From assembly GCF_000143415.4 (NCBI RefSeq), contig NW_003314315.1:690653-754652 (forward strand): DNA of 64,000 nucleotides. The letters are read 5' to 3'. The notes beneath the pieces are model-generated. The model did no database searches. It was not told the origin of the DNA and was given only the letters and a program-made list of their open reading frames with translations. Both the position numbers and the translations under genes were made by a program. Below are positions 23,663-36,340 of the stretch, piece by piece. This DNA is from Selaginella moellendorffii (taxonomy: Eukaryota; Plantae; Lycopodiophyta). Numbering within the stretch: the stretch's first letter is position 1; the number at the start of each line of letters is the position of its first letter.

Positions 23663-26360
23663 GTGGTGAATGAGATGGGGACACCCAATCTTAGTTGCTA
23701 TGGACCCTTGGCCAAAAGGGCTAGCTTGGGTGCACTGCCAAGTATGGGGGATGCCTCCGGGGTCATGGTTAACAAGTTAAAGGTCTGGAAGACCTAGTAC
23801 CTATTGGCAAACTTGTTCAGATGACCAAGGTTAGATCACTAGGTGATTTTACGGCTAAATAAGGATGAGGTCCTTATGAGGTTAAGGAATAAAGTTCCTA
23901 GTTCAAAGTGTTGATTTGAACTATTAATAATGGTGTGGCTTGGTCAAGGTGACTAAGTGGGAAGGACACCTAAAGGGAAATTAGTTGTGCTAGTACGATG
24001 GTATAGCGAGTCCAAAAAAGTAGTATCTAGGAAAGACCTATAGGAGGGTCACAAAGTTGGGCCATTAATGGAGCCTCTAGTAGAAAATGCTAAAGAGACC
24101 TACTAAGGGTGAGCACCCTCTGGACTTGGCAAAATAGAACTTTTATCATGGAACCAAAAAGATACCTTGAGAATGGAGGTAATAATCTTATGTTGCTTAG
24201 TGCAATAATTAACGAATAGGAGCAAAAGACTAGTGGCCAAGTATGGGCCATGAAATTCATTGAAATGAATCCAAATAGCAAAGTTAGGCAAGGAACACTA
24301 ATGTTTTGGATGCTAACGGATTGTGGGAAAGAAAATGTATTTCTAAAGATGGATTCCCAAATGCTTTAATTTGGCAAAAGTGAAAATTCCAAGGGAGGGA
24401 GCGGCAAGGCAGCCAAATGATAGGGCCGTGAACAACCCTAGCACAAGTGATGGAAAAATGAAATTTAGTGCCAAAAGTTGACATGAAATAGAAAAGAGAA
24501 TGATGCCCTCAAGTAGAGAACTTCCTAAGATGGGGAAGTGGAGACTACACAATATGTGCAATGTAAAATGTTGGAAACACCCAGGAAATTGACTTTGAAA
24601 AGTCAAAATTAAAAGTTTCAAAGTGCAAAGGTTATATTGATAGAAACTAAGACTACTCGAGATTGAGTAGTGGGATTGAGATAAAGGTGTCTCTAACGAG
24701 TTTTAACGAGAACTAAATGAATAAAAGGGAGAGAACCACCCCAAGTGGTCGTATGAGTCTCTATGTTAAAGAGATTATGCTCCTTAGAGGATGGAAAAAG
24801 CATGGTGAGCCTTCAGTGTCAAACCATTGACGAATATTGATTAGGTGCCAAGGATAGAAAGGGTAATACATGTTGGTGTTACTTATAAAAGGGTTTACCA
24901 TTCAATGAGGACATCGAACTTCATTTATGGGTGGTGAAGTTGTGAGACATAAAATCCTTAGGCCCCAAAGTGGAGCCGAAAGGGTGCCACGTGGTGGTGG
25001 CTGAAGTGAAAACCAAACAAGTATAACACGTTTGGACTAAAAGCTCCAATTTGAAAAATTGAGAGCGAAAGTGAAACTCCTAACAAAGGGCTCGAGGAAT
25101 GAGCACGAAACAAGCAGTAAATAAGTCTCTAGAAAAAGGACCAACACATGACATATGAAGGACCTGAGATAGAGTCCAAGATGGAGTTTGAGATGGATTC
25201 GAGATGGACCCGAGATGGAGTTTAAGATGGACCCGAGATAGAGTCTAAGATGGAGTCTGAGATGGACCCAAGATGGAGTCTGAGATAGAACCGAGACTGA
25301 GACCGAGTTCGAGTCCGAGTCCGAGTCTAAGTCCAAATATTAATACAGACTGTTAGGTGAAAACCCAAAGCGATCATCCCTCGAGGGGGGAGGGGGGGGG
25401 GGGCGCTACAAGGGGTTCCGAAAGTATAGTAAGGAGAGTGTGGGGGTTAGATCCTAGTAGTGCCAGTTTGGCTAGGAAAGGCCAGTTTAGCCCAGGAAGG
25501 CTGTACCCAAGTGTTGGGTGATGAGATAACCACTGAGAAGTCCAAGGCTAGAGTGAATATGAATTAATAAGCGGGGTAACTTAGTGAAATGTTCAAAAGT
25601 CAGCTCTAATTCCCCTAGGAGATTGAATTGTCAATGCTCCCAATCCAACTATGGGTGGCACTACCTACTTAGATACCTAGCATGGCTCAATAAAACCTTG
25701 CTCTAAGCCCATGGCTAAAGCACCCAAAGGCAAAAGGTGGGGAGAGTACTTATAAGGCTCATATAGGGCCATGGTGTTCTGAAATGTTGTTCCAAAGTCC
25801 CAAGCTATGGAAAGGAAGAGGAGTGGTCCTTTAGTGTAGTGACCAAGGATACAGTCATGTGGTAAGGAAGTCCAGCGGACAATGGAACTTAGTGGTCAAA
25901 TCGGTGGGCTTTATCCCAGTGGTAGTGTTGGCAAACACGGCCATCGATAGAAAATGGACTTGGTGGGGACTATAAAAGGGATATTGGGGAAGGTTATTCC
26001 CCATGTCTGTGAGCATCCTAAGGATGTTAAGGAGTGAATCTAGGATGATCACTCATGGACGGATGGCCTAATCTTTAAAAGACAGGATTGTGATGTAAGT
26101 GGTGTTAGACTATCGGTGTGACCAAGGTGAATGGGCATGGCCTTAGCATAACAAGTTGAAATGTCGATGGTACTTTAGGGTTCAATCATGGGAGGAGCAC
26201 TTGGACCCAGTGCAAGGGTTAAATGGTATGGATGCCATCCTCAGGGTTAGCAAGCCCCAAGTCCTAAATTGGACTTATGAAGGTTGTGAATGAGATTCCT
26301 CCAAGTGGTCGGAGGTGTGATTAAGTGACTAAAGTAGAATAGAAAAATTAGTCACTTCTA
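23663..26360 (+). mobile_element. 3' half of a second, older family A LARD (internal region plus 3' LTR 24941-26360)
   Basis: Collinear with 19696-22711. Followed by ATAAT, matching ACAAT at the 5' half (55237-55241, minus strand) with one C>T. Confidence 0.88.
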
Positions 26361-26704
26361 ATAATGAAGAAACTAATGAAAAGGTATTCTTTTTATAGTA
26401 TTTATAACTATTTAATTTTTCTTTATGTAGGCTTGGAGTGAATCACATGGCAATTCATGTTTACTATATTTTCAATATCCTTTCTAGAACTTGAGGAGGG
26501 AGAAACTACCATACTATTCCAAAAAAAGATAATAATTATGAGGAAATAAAGTATAAAATGATGAATAGTTTGATTCCATAGCTAGATATATAGATTAATA
26601 TTGCCAATCTTATTTTACAAATAGAGGGGTACAAAAGGTAGTTTTTAAAGCTCTCAGAAGTGTGTTTTTCTATCAGAAGTGGACAAATTATAGAAATGGT
26701 TAGA

Positions 26705-27720
26705 AAATTAAATCAAGGTCTCTTAGTGATTGACAATTTGGTGTTACTCAAGTCTAAAGATGAGCTCTCCCAGGATGAAATCAAGCAAGCATTTGCTCTT
26801 GGATGGTGTATTGAATGGGTAAGTTCTTGCATCAATTGATAAAGAATTTCTAAACAGTTTTTGTTTCTGCTTTTTGCTTTTCCATGCAAAGCTACAAGTT
26901 CCATCCTAGTAATGGATGATATAATGGATGATTCATACAACAGTATGTGAACTTTATTGATGAGCTATGACACAGTCTTTCTTTGTGATTAGGTGGGTGT
27001 CATTGTTATGAACAATGCATTAATGCATTACAAACCATGTAACCTAGGATTTTGAAGTAGTATTTCCATAGTTAATGATACTACTTTGATCTCCGTGAAC
27101 TTTTTGACGAGGTGTGTTGATCTGATCACATTGCCAACCTGATTTGTCCAAATACATCATGGAAATGTAAGTTTTATTCGACTCCATAAGTATCCATAAT
27201 ATTTATCAATGCAGCTACCTCAAGATTTTGAAGTTCAAGACAGTGTTTTATACTTTCTATTTTCCAGTGAGCAAGAGTGACATTATAAACCAAGTCATTG
27301 ATGTCATATGAGAATACAAGTTGCTTGTGCTTTGTATATGTCAGACAAGAGTGACAACTCCAAGTTTGAATCTGTGAAACAAATATTACTACAAATGTGA
27401 ACCTATTTTTATATTCAGCTCCTTGTGGTTCATTACCTTTGGTTGTTGATGGAATTGGCCCTGCAAGATTATTTCTTAGATTGTTATAAACATCCTGACA
27501 TTATTGGCAAGGTTGGTTCCTTGCTGTTTTGTCTTTCATGTCAAGCTCATTGAATAGTCCAGGTTGGAACAAATATCCAAGAGCTATTGAATTAGCAGAT
27601 GCTAGCCAGAAAGCAAGACAAAAGAGCAATTATGGCAAAAAGGACAATGCCTATGTCAAGGAGGTGAAGACAGTGTACAATGACTAGGGCCTTGCAATGA
27701 GTATTTTGCTTAGGTACTTC
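26705..27720 (+). pseudogene. FPS: Farnesyl diphosphate synthase pseudogene, introns retained, 5' truncated
   Basis: Motifs in FPS order: KLNQGLLVID..AFALGWCIEW|gt; LVMDDIMDDS (first DDxxD at 26915-26929); VDLIT..DLSKY; VACALYMS..VKQILLQM*TYF; QDYFLDCY..PDIIGK|VGTNI; NYGKKD..VKEVKTVYND. Stops and deletions present. Confidence 0.88.
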
Positions 27721-28300
27721 TCTGCTTAGCTATTAGTGAATGCAGGCAGCTTTCCTAGAGTATGAACAAACAAGCTATAGGAGAATTTTGTGTACTATTG
27801 ATCAAGAAAAGAGTACTCACTTACAAGTTTGTGGTGTTTTGGAGTTTATTACTTTCTGAATATAGTCTGATTACCTTGCAAGGAGTTCTATTGTTCTTTC
27901 TAGAAAAACATTGCAAGTGCCAAAAGAAGGAGTGCTTCTTTCGCTGCTCCTTGTTTTTGCCAACTATATGAGTTTCTCATTTTGTTTCATCATTAGTATT
28001 GTTATATGTGGAGCATTAACAATGATTTAGCTCTAAATATTCTTCACTTTCTCGTGCTAAATGTGTCCCCATCAAATCCAACAAAAGCTGCATATATCTG
28101 CTCATTTGTTGACCATCACAAGGATTGGGTATTTTGGAATATATATACTAACTTCTTGTTCCAGCTATCTTGTTATCATAGGTCATTGATTGAGCTCTTC
28201 TTGTTTCATCATGATGTGAGAATTTGTGCTTGTCAGTAAAGTGTTTCCTTTACTTTGAAAATCATCCTACACCTCAGGAAAGAGCTTCACATCCTCATTC

Positions 28301-28745
28301 ATGGCTGTCCACAAGTTCCAGGTGAGTGTTCGGCTATGGTTCTTTAGCTTCCTCTCAGCCGATGATGGGCTGTGCTATGTCACCCCAGACGTTAAGCAGG
28401 CCATGGATTCCAAGTCCCTCGCCAAGGCCTTCTTCCACGTCTACAGCATCTTCTCCACAAACATCAAGCAAAGTGTCTATGGCAAGATTGTGTACGCATG
28501 GAAGAATTTTGGCATCGATTATGTGTCACAAGCTTGGTGGCCAGGGCTAGACACTCCCAATTGAGTATGAGTTCCCAGTTGCATCAAGCTTGGGCTCAGC
28601 AGCTAGCACTGGACATTGGCAACAATCTAGCATGAAGCATCAAACTCCTACTCGGCAATCTTGATCCTGATTGGGGAACTCCTTTCGATCCAGCATCATC
28701 CTCCCCCGATTAGGCAGTTGGCTCATTGTTGTAGAATGTGCCCGA
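28301..28745 (+). pseudogene. GC-richer gene-like fragment of unknown identity
   Basis: Coding-like composition (DDGLCYVTPDVKQAMDSKSLAKAFFHVYSIF...) with stops downstream; family not recognised. Confidence 0.3.
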
Positions 28746-29214
28746 CACAAACAAGATTGTCCATTACTAAATGAGCTTGACTTAGTTTTAAGTTATTGCA
28801 TTAATTTGCTATACAACTTAAATTTCTGTCATTAAGCTTTCCATTGATATTGTAACTACAATTTAAGACACAATAGTTTTAAAAATTTAAATTAAAATAT
28901 GCAGTTATTTTTAGTAGTAATTATTTTTGACTAGTTTTAAAGTCAGAATTAAAAAATTTCTTAAGCTAAGTTGCAATTTATGACTAAATTTTAAATCATT
29001 TATAATGTGTGAGTGCATGGAATATAGAAAGGGTATACAGAAATGTGCATATCAATTAGCCCAAAAACCCTAGCTTATACACAGGAGCGAGTGGTCCGGA
29101 TTGAAACCAATCCGACGGCTACCAAAATCCCACTACGCTAATATTAGTATACAGCATCGTAGCTGTACACTTGGCCCTCACATCATCCCCTCCTCTAAGA
29201 ATAATGGAAGACCA

Positions 29215-32200
29215 TCAAGGTTCTCCTGTAGATGGGCCAGGATCTGGAGGAACATCAGGAGGAGGCATCGGCAGATCTGTAGATGGTATTAATCGCTCCT
29301 GATCCCTTGGTATGAAGCGTTTCAACTGCTGCACATGCACAATCTCTGGAGGATCGGCCTGCTGGATGTCATGTCGAACCTCATAAACTTGTGGTCCAAC
29401 TTGCCCCAACAGTCGATACGGTCCTTTCCACTATGCAAGGAGCCCCTTAGATAAACCACGTACCGTAAGATGGGGAAAACAGACTAACACCAAATCATCC
29501 ATTTTGTACTTTGCAAGTGGACGATGATGGGAATTGTAGCACCGTTGTTGTTCCACTTGTATGTGGCCTAAGTGTTCGGCAAACTCTGCTTGGACAAGTG
29601 GAAGAATGCTTGTTAAATATTGATCCCATAACCTAGCATCTGCAGCTCGTGGTAATTGCGAAGGTAAACACAGCTCCGTTGGTAATATTGGATCATGACC
29701 ATATAGGAGTTTATATGGTGAAGCACCAACAGAACTCTGCACCCCAGTGACATATGCATACCAAAGAGACGGCAAATAACCATCCCAATCCGAATGCTGA
29801 AAGTTCACATACTTCGCAATCATCCCCTTGAACGTCCGAACGAGCCACCAGATTGTTTGATTGTGGATGATAAGCACTCGTGAAAGTGTGGTGAATCCCC
29901 AACTGAGACATCAAAACATGAAATGCCTCAGTCATAAATGTGGGACCATTATCCGAAATAATCCGCTCTAGACAAAAATGCTAGAACACCACTCGATTGA
30001 GGAGAAAGTATCCAACAGCAGTTGCAGAGGCGCTAGCAAGAGCACCAACTTCCACCCAATGAGTCAAATAGTCAGAAGCAATAATAACATACTCATTGCC
30101 AACAGTCGACTGTGGAAAAGGTCCCATAAGATCAAACGCCACCAACTCAAATGGACAGGAAACTGCAATTGACTCCAACCGTCCTTTTATAGCCCGAGGG
30201 GGAGTATTAAAAGCTTGGCACCAAACGCAGTTATGCATATACTGGATAATATCACGTCGCATAGAAAGACCTGCGTAGCTTCTCAATTACACGATGATAT
30301 CCCATATACCCACCTAAAATAGGAGAATCATGGTAGGCATGGAGAAACCGCGGAATAAAGATAAAAGGCACCACCAGCCATAAATGATCATTAGGATCTA
30401 TCCCCACAAAATAAAGAAGGCCATCTTCAAGACGATATTGAGAATGTAAATGCTGGAAAGGCAAGTCATCAGCAAGTGATGCAGGATTCTCAAACCCATC
30501 TCAAAGCCTTCGAATCCAAGGCTTAATCTTTTGAGCCTCGCGAACTTCATCAAGCGAAGGTAGATCTTGCTCTACACCTTGTGGACACTGAACGTCAAGT
30601 ACAGCAACCGCCGACGGCACAGAATCCTCGTCTAGAAAATCCATAGATGTTGGAACGACAAGCTCGTCAGAAACATGATAAGAGAGTGAAGAAGGAAGAG
30701 GAGCTCAAGAAAGGGCATCAGCATCAGCCATAAAACTCCCTGGGCAGTGAACAACATCAAAATCATATATCTAAAGCTTCAAAGCCCACCAAGCAGTACG
30801 ACCAACCAGGTTCTTCCGCTTTAATAACGAAGTAACAACAACATGGTCACCTTCAAGTAACGTCCGAGAACTATGTAGATATGCATGAAGTTTCTTGAAA
30901 CCCCAAACTGCTGCTAAACACTCCTTCTCTATCATGGAGTAGTTCATCTCCACTGGTTGTAATGTACGGCTTATATATGCAATGGGATGGTGTTGACCAG
31001 GCACACTTGAGCTCTCTTGCATTAACACACCTCCAAGACCAATGTTAGAAGCATCCACGCGCAAAATAAAAGGTCGAGTGTAATCAGGATATGCCAAAAC
31101 CGGAGGAGTTGTCAATAACTCTTTGAGATCCCCAAACGCCTGCTCACAATCCGGAGACTAAATGAAAGATGACGTTGATGACTTCAGCAATGCTCGCAAT
31201 GGTGTAGTGCGATCAGAAAGATGATCCAAAAAATGCCCGAGATACTACACCTTGCCCAAGAAGTGCTGCACATCATTCACACACTTCGGAGTAGGGAAAT
31301 TTAGAACAGCCACAAGTTTGTCAGGATCAACTTGCAAACCCTCATGAGAAATACGGTACCCAAGATAAGTTGTGTCCTTGGATCCAAACACGCACTTTGA
31401 CCGCTTCAACTTTAAACCAACGTCGCGTAGCCGATCCAACACTTTACAAACATCACGAACGTGCTCCTCTCACGTCCCCTCCGAGTGGATCAAGACATCA
31501 TCAATAAAGTCAGTAGTCACCTCCGGTATATCGCAAAGAACCTCGTCTATCATCCGTTGAAAAGTTGCTAGAGCATTGTTCAAACCAAATGGCATCACCA
31601 AGAACTCATACAAACCAAATGGTGTACGAAAAGCAGTCTTAGGAATATCTTTTTCGGCCATCGGTACTTGCCAATACCCAGAAGCAAGATCTAGCTTGGT
31701 GAACCAATCACTTCGCCCCAGACGATCCAAGAGATCAGCAGTGTGAGGAAGAGGGTACACATCCGGGATCATTATGTCGTTTAACGGACGATAATCGATG
31801 CAGAAAAAAATACTCCCATCAGGCTTCATCACAAGGTTCACATGCCCAATGACTTTGTGACTTCCGAATAACACCCTTCTCCAACATCTCCTTGACATTT
31901 GCACATAAAATCTTGATCTCCTTTGGTGACCGACAACGAACAGGAACCTTGATTGGACGAGCATCCCCAGTTGGAATCGGATGACGTGTGGCAATCGTGG
32001 CTCCAGATGATAGGTCAAAGTCAAAGAGATCAGAATACTCCTTCATGAGCCGGTCAACTGTTGCAACACAAAGATCATCGAAGGGATCGGAAAAGGGAAG
32101 AGCAGAACAAGATGGAAACACAGGAGGAAATAGTGGGGAAACAAAAGTAATGGAAGCAGAGGTAGAAGTAGAGGGATGAAGAGGTACAAAAGTGAGAGGA

Positions 32201-32628
32201 ATGGATGAAACATAAGGAAGTATGAGACAAGAGGGAGAAGCTTCAAAGTCACACTTGGCATGATTGCGTTGCAACCAATCCATACCAAGAATGAGGTCAA
32301 AAGCTTGACTCGGCACCACCCATAACTGCAACTCAAGCTCGAGATCGCCCACACGCACAACCAGGTCTGCCTCATCCCATGCACATGCATGTGTACGGCT
32401 GTTGCCATAAAGAATGAAAATTGGTTCTGCCGCACGATGCAAGTGTAGACGATAACGTGTGGCAACAGGTTGAGCAATAGAAGATAAACTCGAACTTGTA
32501 TCAACCAACATGGAGAGAATAATAGGAGACCTCTTGTTATAAAGACAAGCTTGGAAAGTAAACACTGGATGAACTGGTGCCGAGTGAACCCCTTGATGAT
32601 ACTCCCAAAAGAAAGATGGAGGGGTCAC
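29215..32628 (-). pseudogene. pol: pol (protease, RT, RNase H, integrase) with stops and frameshifts
   Basis: MLVDTSSS; FCIDYRPLN..KLDLASGYWQ..MPFGLNNA..FIDDVLI; LRVDASNIGLGGVL; AFDLMGPF; TSAYHPQSN; VHVQQLKRF. Confidence 0.92.
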
Positions 32629-32855
32629 TGACTTATTCGTGCAAGGTCCCTCTGTTACTCGCGCGACTCCTCGTTTCCCGGATGCATCTCAGTGTCCAAA
32701 CCTTCCATTGCAGCAGCACCAACGGGACGTTGCTGACGCCAAGGTCTCCACCTAGGAAATAGAGGTCGCCAATCTGGAAAACGCCGACAACGCCGATAAG
32801 TATGACCAACTTCATCACATGCCCAGCAGCGAACATCACGGCCACGACCACGTCC

Positions 32856-33587
32856 TCACCCTTGACCTTGGACTTGAGCAGCAGCAGCATCAACCTCCAT
32901 TGGAATAGGACCATCACCCACAGGAAGTGGAGCTGAAGGACGTGCAGCGAGAAGTGGAAGAGGCGACGTCTCATAACGTTGTGCCAAGCAAAGAGCATCG
33001 TCAAGGGTGGCGGGAGCAAGTGCATGCACAAGTCCGACAAGATCTTGACGAAGTGCTGGCCACAACATTCCTAGCTTGATCTGCTCCGACATATGTGGCT
33101 CTGCACGAAGCAAAAGACTTAGGAAATGAACACCAAATTGCATCACTGACTCAGATGGCCCTTGGCAAAGACGATGCAATTGTTGAAAAGCATCATCACA
33201 GTCATTGGCATATCCGAAGGCGCGTTTGAAGACATCCAGAAGAACACTCCAATCCCCACGAGTGGCTGCTCCCAAACTGTTGTACCACTGTAATGCCGTC
33301 CCTTGGAGACACGTGGGAAACTCACGCAAACGTCGAGCATCATCCCAAGAATGATATGTGGCAATCACCGTAAAGTGATCAAACCAATGGTACACATCAT
33401 CCCCAGGATTCCCAAGAAAGAACTCCAGCCAAACACGAGGATTGGCACCAAGAGCAGGAAGAGTTGTACCATGTGTCGTGAACGCCGCCATCAACTGAGT
33501 TTGGTTGTTCAATTGCAAGCGCATAGCATCAAGCAATTGTACCAATTGCTGCTCCAGAGTCAAAGGGGGAGGTTGCTGATCTGCCAT
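32856..33587 (-). CDS. gag: Retrotransposon Gag
   Basis: 243-aa ORF after the PBS, with capsid-like motifs (WFDHF..W; LQGTALQWY; L.QGPSESV..F; PIPMEVD). Confidence 0.85.
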   Translation of the reverse strand: MADQQPPPLTLEQQLVQLLDAMRLQLNNQTQLMAAFTTHGTTLPALGANPRVWLEFFLGNPGDDVYHWFDHFTVIATYHSWDDARRLREFPTCLQGTALQWYNSLGAATRGDWSVLLDVFKRAFGYANDCDDAFQQLHRLCQGPSESVMQFGVHFLSLLLRAEPHMSEQIKLGMLWPALRQDLVGLVHALAPATLDDALCLAQRYETSPLPLLAARPSAPLPVGDGPIPMEVDAAAAQVQGQG

Positions 33588-34702
33588 GGAGACAAATGAA
33601 AAAGAAAGAGCAAAAGAAGAAAAACAACAAAAAGCTAGAAGGAAATGGTAGATCTAGACAATGCAAAAAGCTAGATCTAAACCAAAATCCTGAAAGGAAA
33701 GAACAAAAGAAAAGAAATGGAAAAAGTTAGATCTAGACAATGCAAAAGTTACATCTAAACTGAAATCCCAAATCTAAACACTCCTCAGGGACAATTAAAG
33801 GTGCCCCTCATCTCCACCAATGTGAGTGCATGGAATATAGAAAGGGTATACAGAAATGTGCATATCAATTAGCCCAAAAACCCTAACTTATATACAGGAG
33901 CGAGTGGTCCGGATTGAAACCAATCCGACGGCTACCAAAATCCCACTATGCTAATATTAGTATACAGCATTGTAGCCGTACACTTGGCCCTCACAAATGG
34001 TTATAAAACAAAAAATATAGTCATTATGTTTAGTAGTTATTTGTGACTAAATTTTAAGTCAATTATAATAGTTATAAACAAAAAAATATGTAGTACGACT
34101 AAATTTTAAGTCCAAAAATGAAGCTATAAATATAGTGGTAATTTAAGTCGTTCTTTACTATGATCAAATATTAACCATCAATTTCTTTAGCCAGGCATAC
34201 CTGATCCATATGCCCATTGAAGAGTGATTCCGAGAATCACCATCAAAGCAAATTCAACTATAAAAACCATTGCTATGGGCTGTCTCTCTTTTGTGTATGT
34301 CGATAAGGTCACAATACACGATCTTCGACACCTAAAACGCAATGAAAAGAATTTTCAAAGAACATAAGCTTCCAGAGTGGAGATTTTGATCAAATTCTTA
34401 CGCACAGAGCATTGCATCATGGTGAACGACCATTCTCATCTTTGCTCTTCCTCCTAGAATTGAGCCTGAGAGTTTATCAACGAGCTCCAGTTCTTTTGGG
34501 GGAAGAACCAAATGAGCATTATGTGCTAATGAAAGAAAGAGATTCCGAACACTGATATTGCTTCCATCATGATCGCAAAAACTGGACATCATAACTTTAA
34601 AGCGCTGCAGATAATGTGTCCGTACGAGAATCATTTATATGCACTAAACCTTCATGACCTAAAAAAAAGGTTTCTCGGAAGCGAATCCGGTAAGCAAGAA
34701 AT

Positions 34703-36340
34703 ATGGCGACCATCATCCGTCGGAGTGTGCCGCCGTCGTCTCCGCCTCGTCGGGCGCCGCCTCCAGCTGCGCACAGGAGCGTGCATCCGCCTCGTCCAGG
34801 GCACAGGAGCGCGACACCGCCCAAAACGAGAGTGCCACCTCCAGGTAGCATGCCGCCCCCCAAACCATCGCCAAGGAGGGCGGGAGGAGCTCCGCCACCT
34901 CACAGCAGCGCCCACAGTCAGGCACCTCCACCAGCACCAGCAGAGCAACACCATGGAGCAGCAAAGCAGCACAGCCATGGAGGAGCACCACCTCCAAAGC
35001 AGGACAGCCATGGAGCACCACCACCTCCACCAACAAGCCATGGAGCAGCAAAGAAGCACCAGCACAGTCCGCCACCTCCACCAGCAAGCCACGGAGCAGC
35101 AAAGCAGCACCAGCACAGTCCGCCACCAACAAGCCATGGAGCAGCAAAGCAGCACCAGCACAGTCCGCCACCTCCACCAGCAAGCCACGGAGCAGCAAAG
35201 CAGCACCAGCACAGTCCGCCACCAACAAACCATGGAGCACCAAAGCAGCACCAGCACAGTCCGCCACCGCCACCAGCAAGCCACGGAGCAGCAAAGCAGC
35301 ACAGCCACGGAGGAGGAGCAAAGCAGCACCCACCTCCACCAGCAAAGCAGCATACAGGGCCGCCACCTTCGTCCGGGACAACCACTTGGCGACCAAGGAG
35401 GTTTGGGCCGCCGCCACCTCCACCAGCAAAGGAGCATACAGGGCCGCCACCTTCTTCTGGGACAACCACTTGGTGGCCAAGGCCCGCTCATGACACGATA
35501 ACATGGCAACCAGGGTCGCCTGTCTTTCACACGTTTTCATCGCCGCCTCTGCCTGGCCCCTTGTCTATTGCTCCGCCTCTGGGGTCGTCATCATCAACAG
35601 CAGCAGCAGCAGCGGCAGCGTTTGCGACACCGGGGCTGCTTGTGGCAGGCATCGTCCTTTTCCTGCTTGCTATGGTGGTCATCATCACCGGCATCTGGAT
35701 ACTCGTGAAGGGAAGAAGAAAGAAGGCGAACGACATCCTGGTGCACTACGTCGGGAGCAGCCATCTTCCTGGCGGTGGCAGCAGCAGCAGCGGCAGTCAG
35801 CGAGAGTATCTCGTTCCCTTGAGCAAGATTGAGGACGCAGAGCTCCGGGACAAGCTCAATTCCTTCGTTCAAGAGAGGAGCAAGCAGCACCTTCGACCGT
35901 CACAGCTAAATCCCAGCACAAAGGTGGCCAATCCTCCACTCGCGAGGCCTCCAAGGCGGCTGCCACCTTCGGCTTTTCTCAAGATGAATCCAATCTATGG
36001 TGCTGCTACCGATTCGGTTGACGACTGCCTGACGCCACCATTGGGACGAGATCCACCAGCAGCGATCCACGGAATCGACGAGCACAAGAAGGTGCCAAGA
36101 GGTTCTCTCCCGGAGGATCCATTCTCGTCGAGTGCTGCTTGTCGGAGCGGCAATGATCGAAGAGCCCAGGAACAGGCTTTGGATCCAGTGTCTCATCGTG
36201 GCACTGTGTTCGATCCTGGAGATGCTTTCGTTGTTCGGCTTGCAGTAGCAGCAGAGAAGCGAGCTGAGATGGAGAAGCACCGGGTTTGGGATGAGGAGGC
36301 CCGGCAACAAGCACTCCCACAGGTAAGTCTTCATGCTTGA
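34703..36340 (+). CDS. Proline/His-rich extensin-like single-pass membrane protein (first exon; likely spliced at ~36323 to short downstream exons)
   Basis: 545-codon GC-rich ORF with SPPPP-containing repeats (SHGAAKQHQHSPPPPPA), a hydrophobic helix GLLVAGIVLFLLAMVVIITGIWILV followed by KGRRKK, and a cag|gtaagt donor near the end. Confidence 0.7.
   Translation: MATIIRRSVPPSSPPRRAPPPAAHRSVHPPRPGHRSATPPKTRVPPPGSMPPPKPSPRRAGGAPPPHSSAHSQAPPPAPAEQHHGAAKQHSHGGAPPPKQDSHGAPPPPPTSHGAAKKHQHSPPPPPASHGAAKQHQHSPPPTSHGAAKQHQHSPPPPPASHGAAKQHQHSPPPTNHGAPKQHQHSPPPPPASHGAAKQHSHGGGAKQHPPPPAKQHTGPPPSSGTTTWRPRRFGPPPPPPAKEHTGPPPSSGTTTWWPRPAHDTITWQPGSPVFHTFSSPPLPGPLSIAPPLGSSSSTAAAAAAAFATPGLLVAGIVLFLLAMVVIITGIWILVKGRRKKANDILVHYVGSSHLPGGGSSSSGSQREYLVPLSKIEDAELRDKLNSFVQERSKQHLRPSQLNPSTKVANPPLARPPRRLPPSAFLKMNPIYGAATDSVDDCLTPPLGRDPPAAIHGIDEHKKVPRGSLPEDPFSSSAACRSGNDRRAQEQALDPVSHRGTVFDPGDAFVVRLAVAAEKRAEMEKHRVWDEEARQQALPQVSLHA

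Larger units (their letters stand above)
29008..33995 (-). mobile_element. Full-length Ty3/gypsy retrotransposon, 175-bp LTRs, tRNA-Ala PBS, 4-bp TSD, no chromodomain
   Basis: LTRs 29008-29182 and 33821-33995 differ by 5 transitions by eye. TSD AATG; PBS tggtggagatgagggg; PPT agaggaggggatga; gag-PR-RT-RH-INT order. Confidence 0.95.

Noticed and set aside
28762-34137. CACTA-like element hosting the tRNA-Ala gypsy (cattacta start, repeated gactaaattttaagtc)
   Set aside because: Subterminal-like repeats are visible, but no convincing TIR pair or 3-bp TSD was found.
34569-35540. Overlapping alternative-frame and antisense ORFs
   Set aside because: Shadows of the GC-rich tandem repeats in the 34703 gene.
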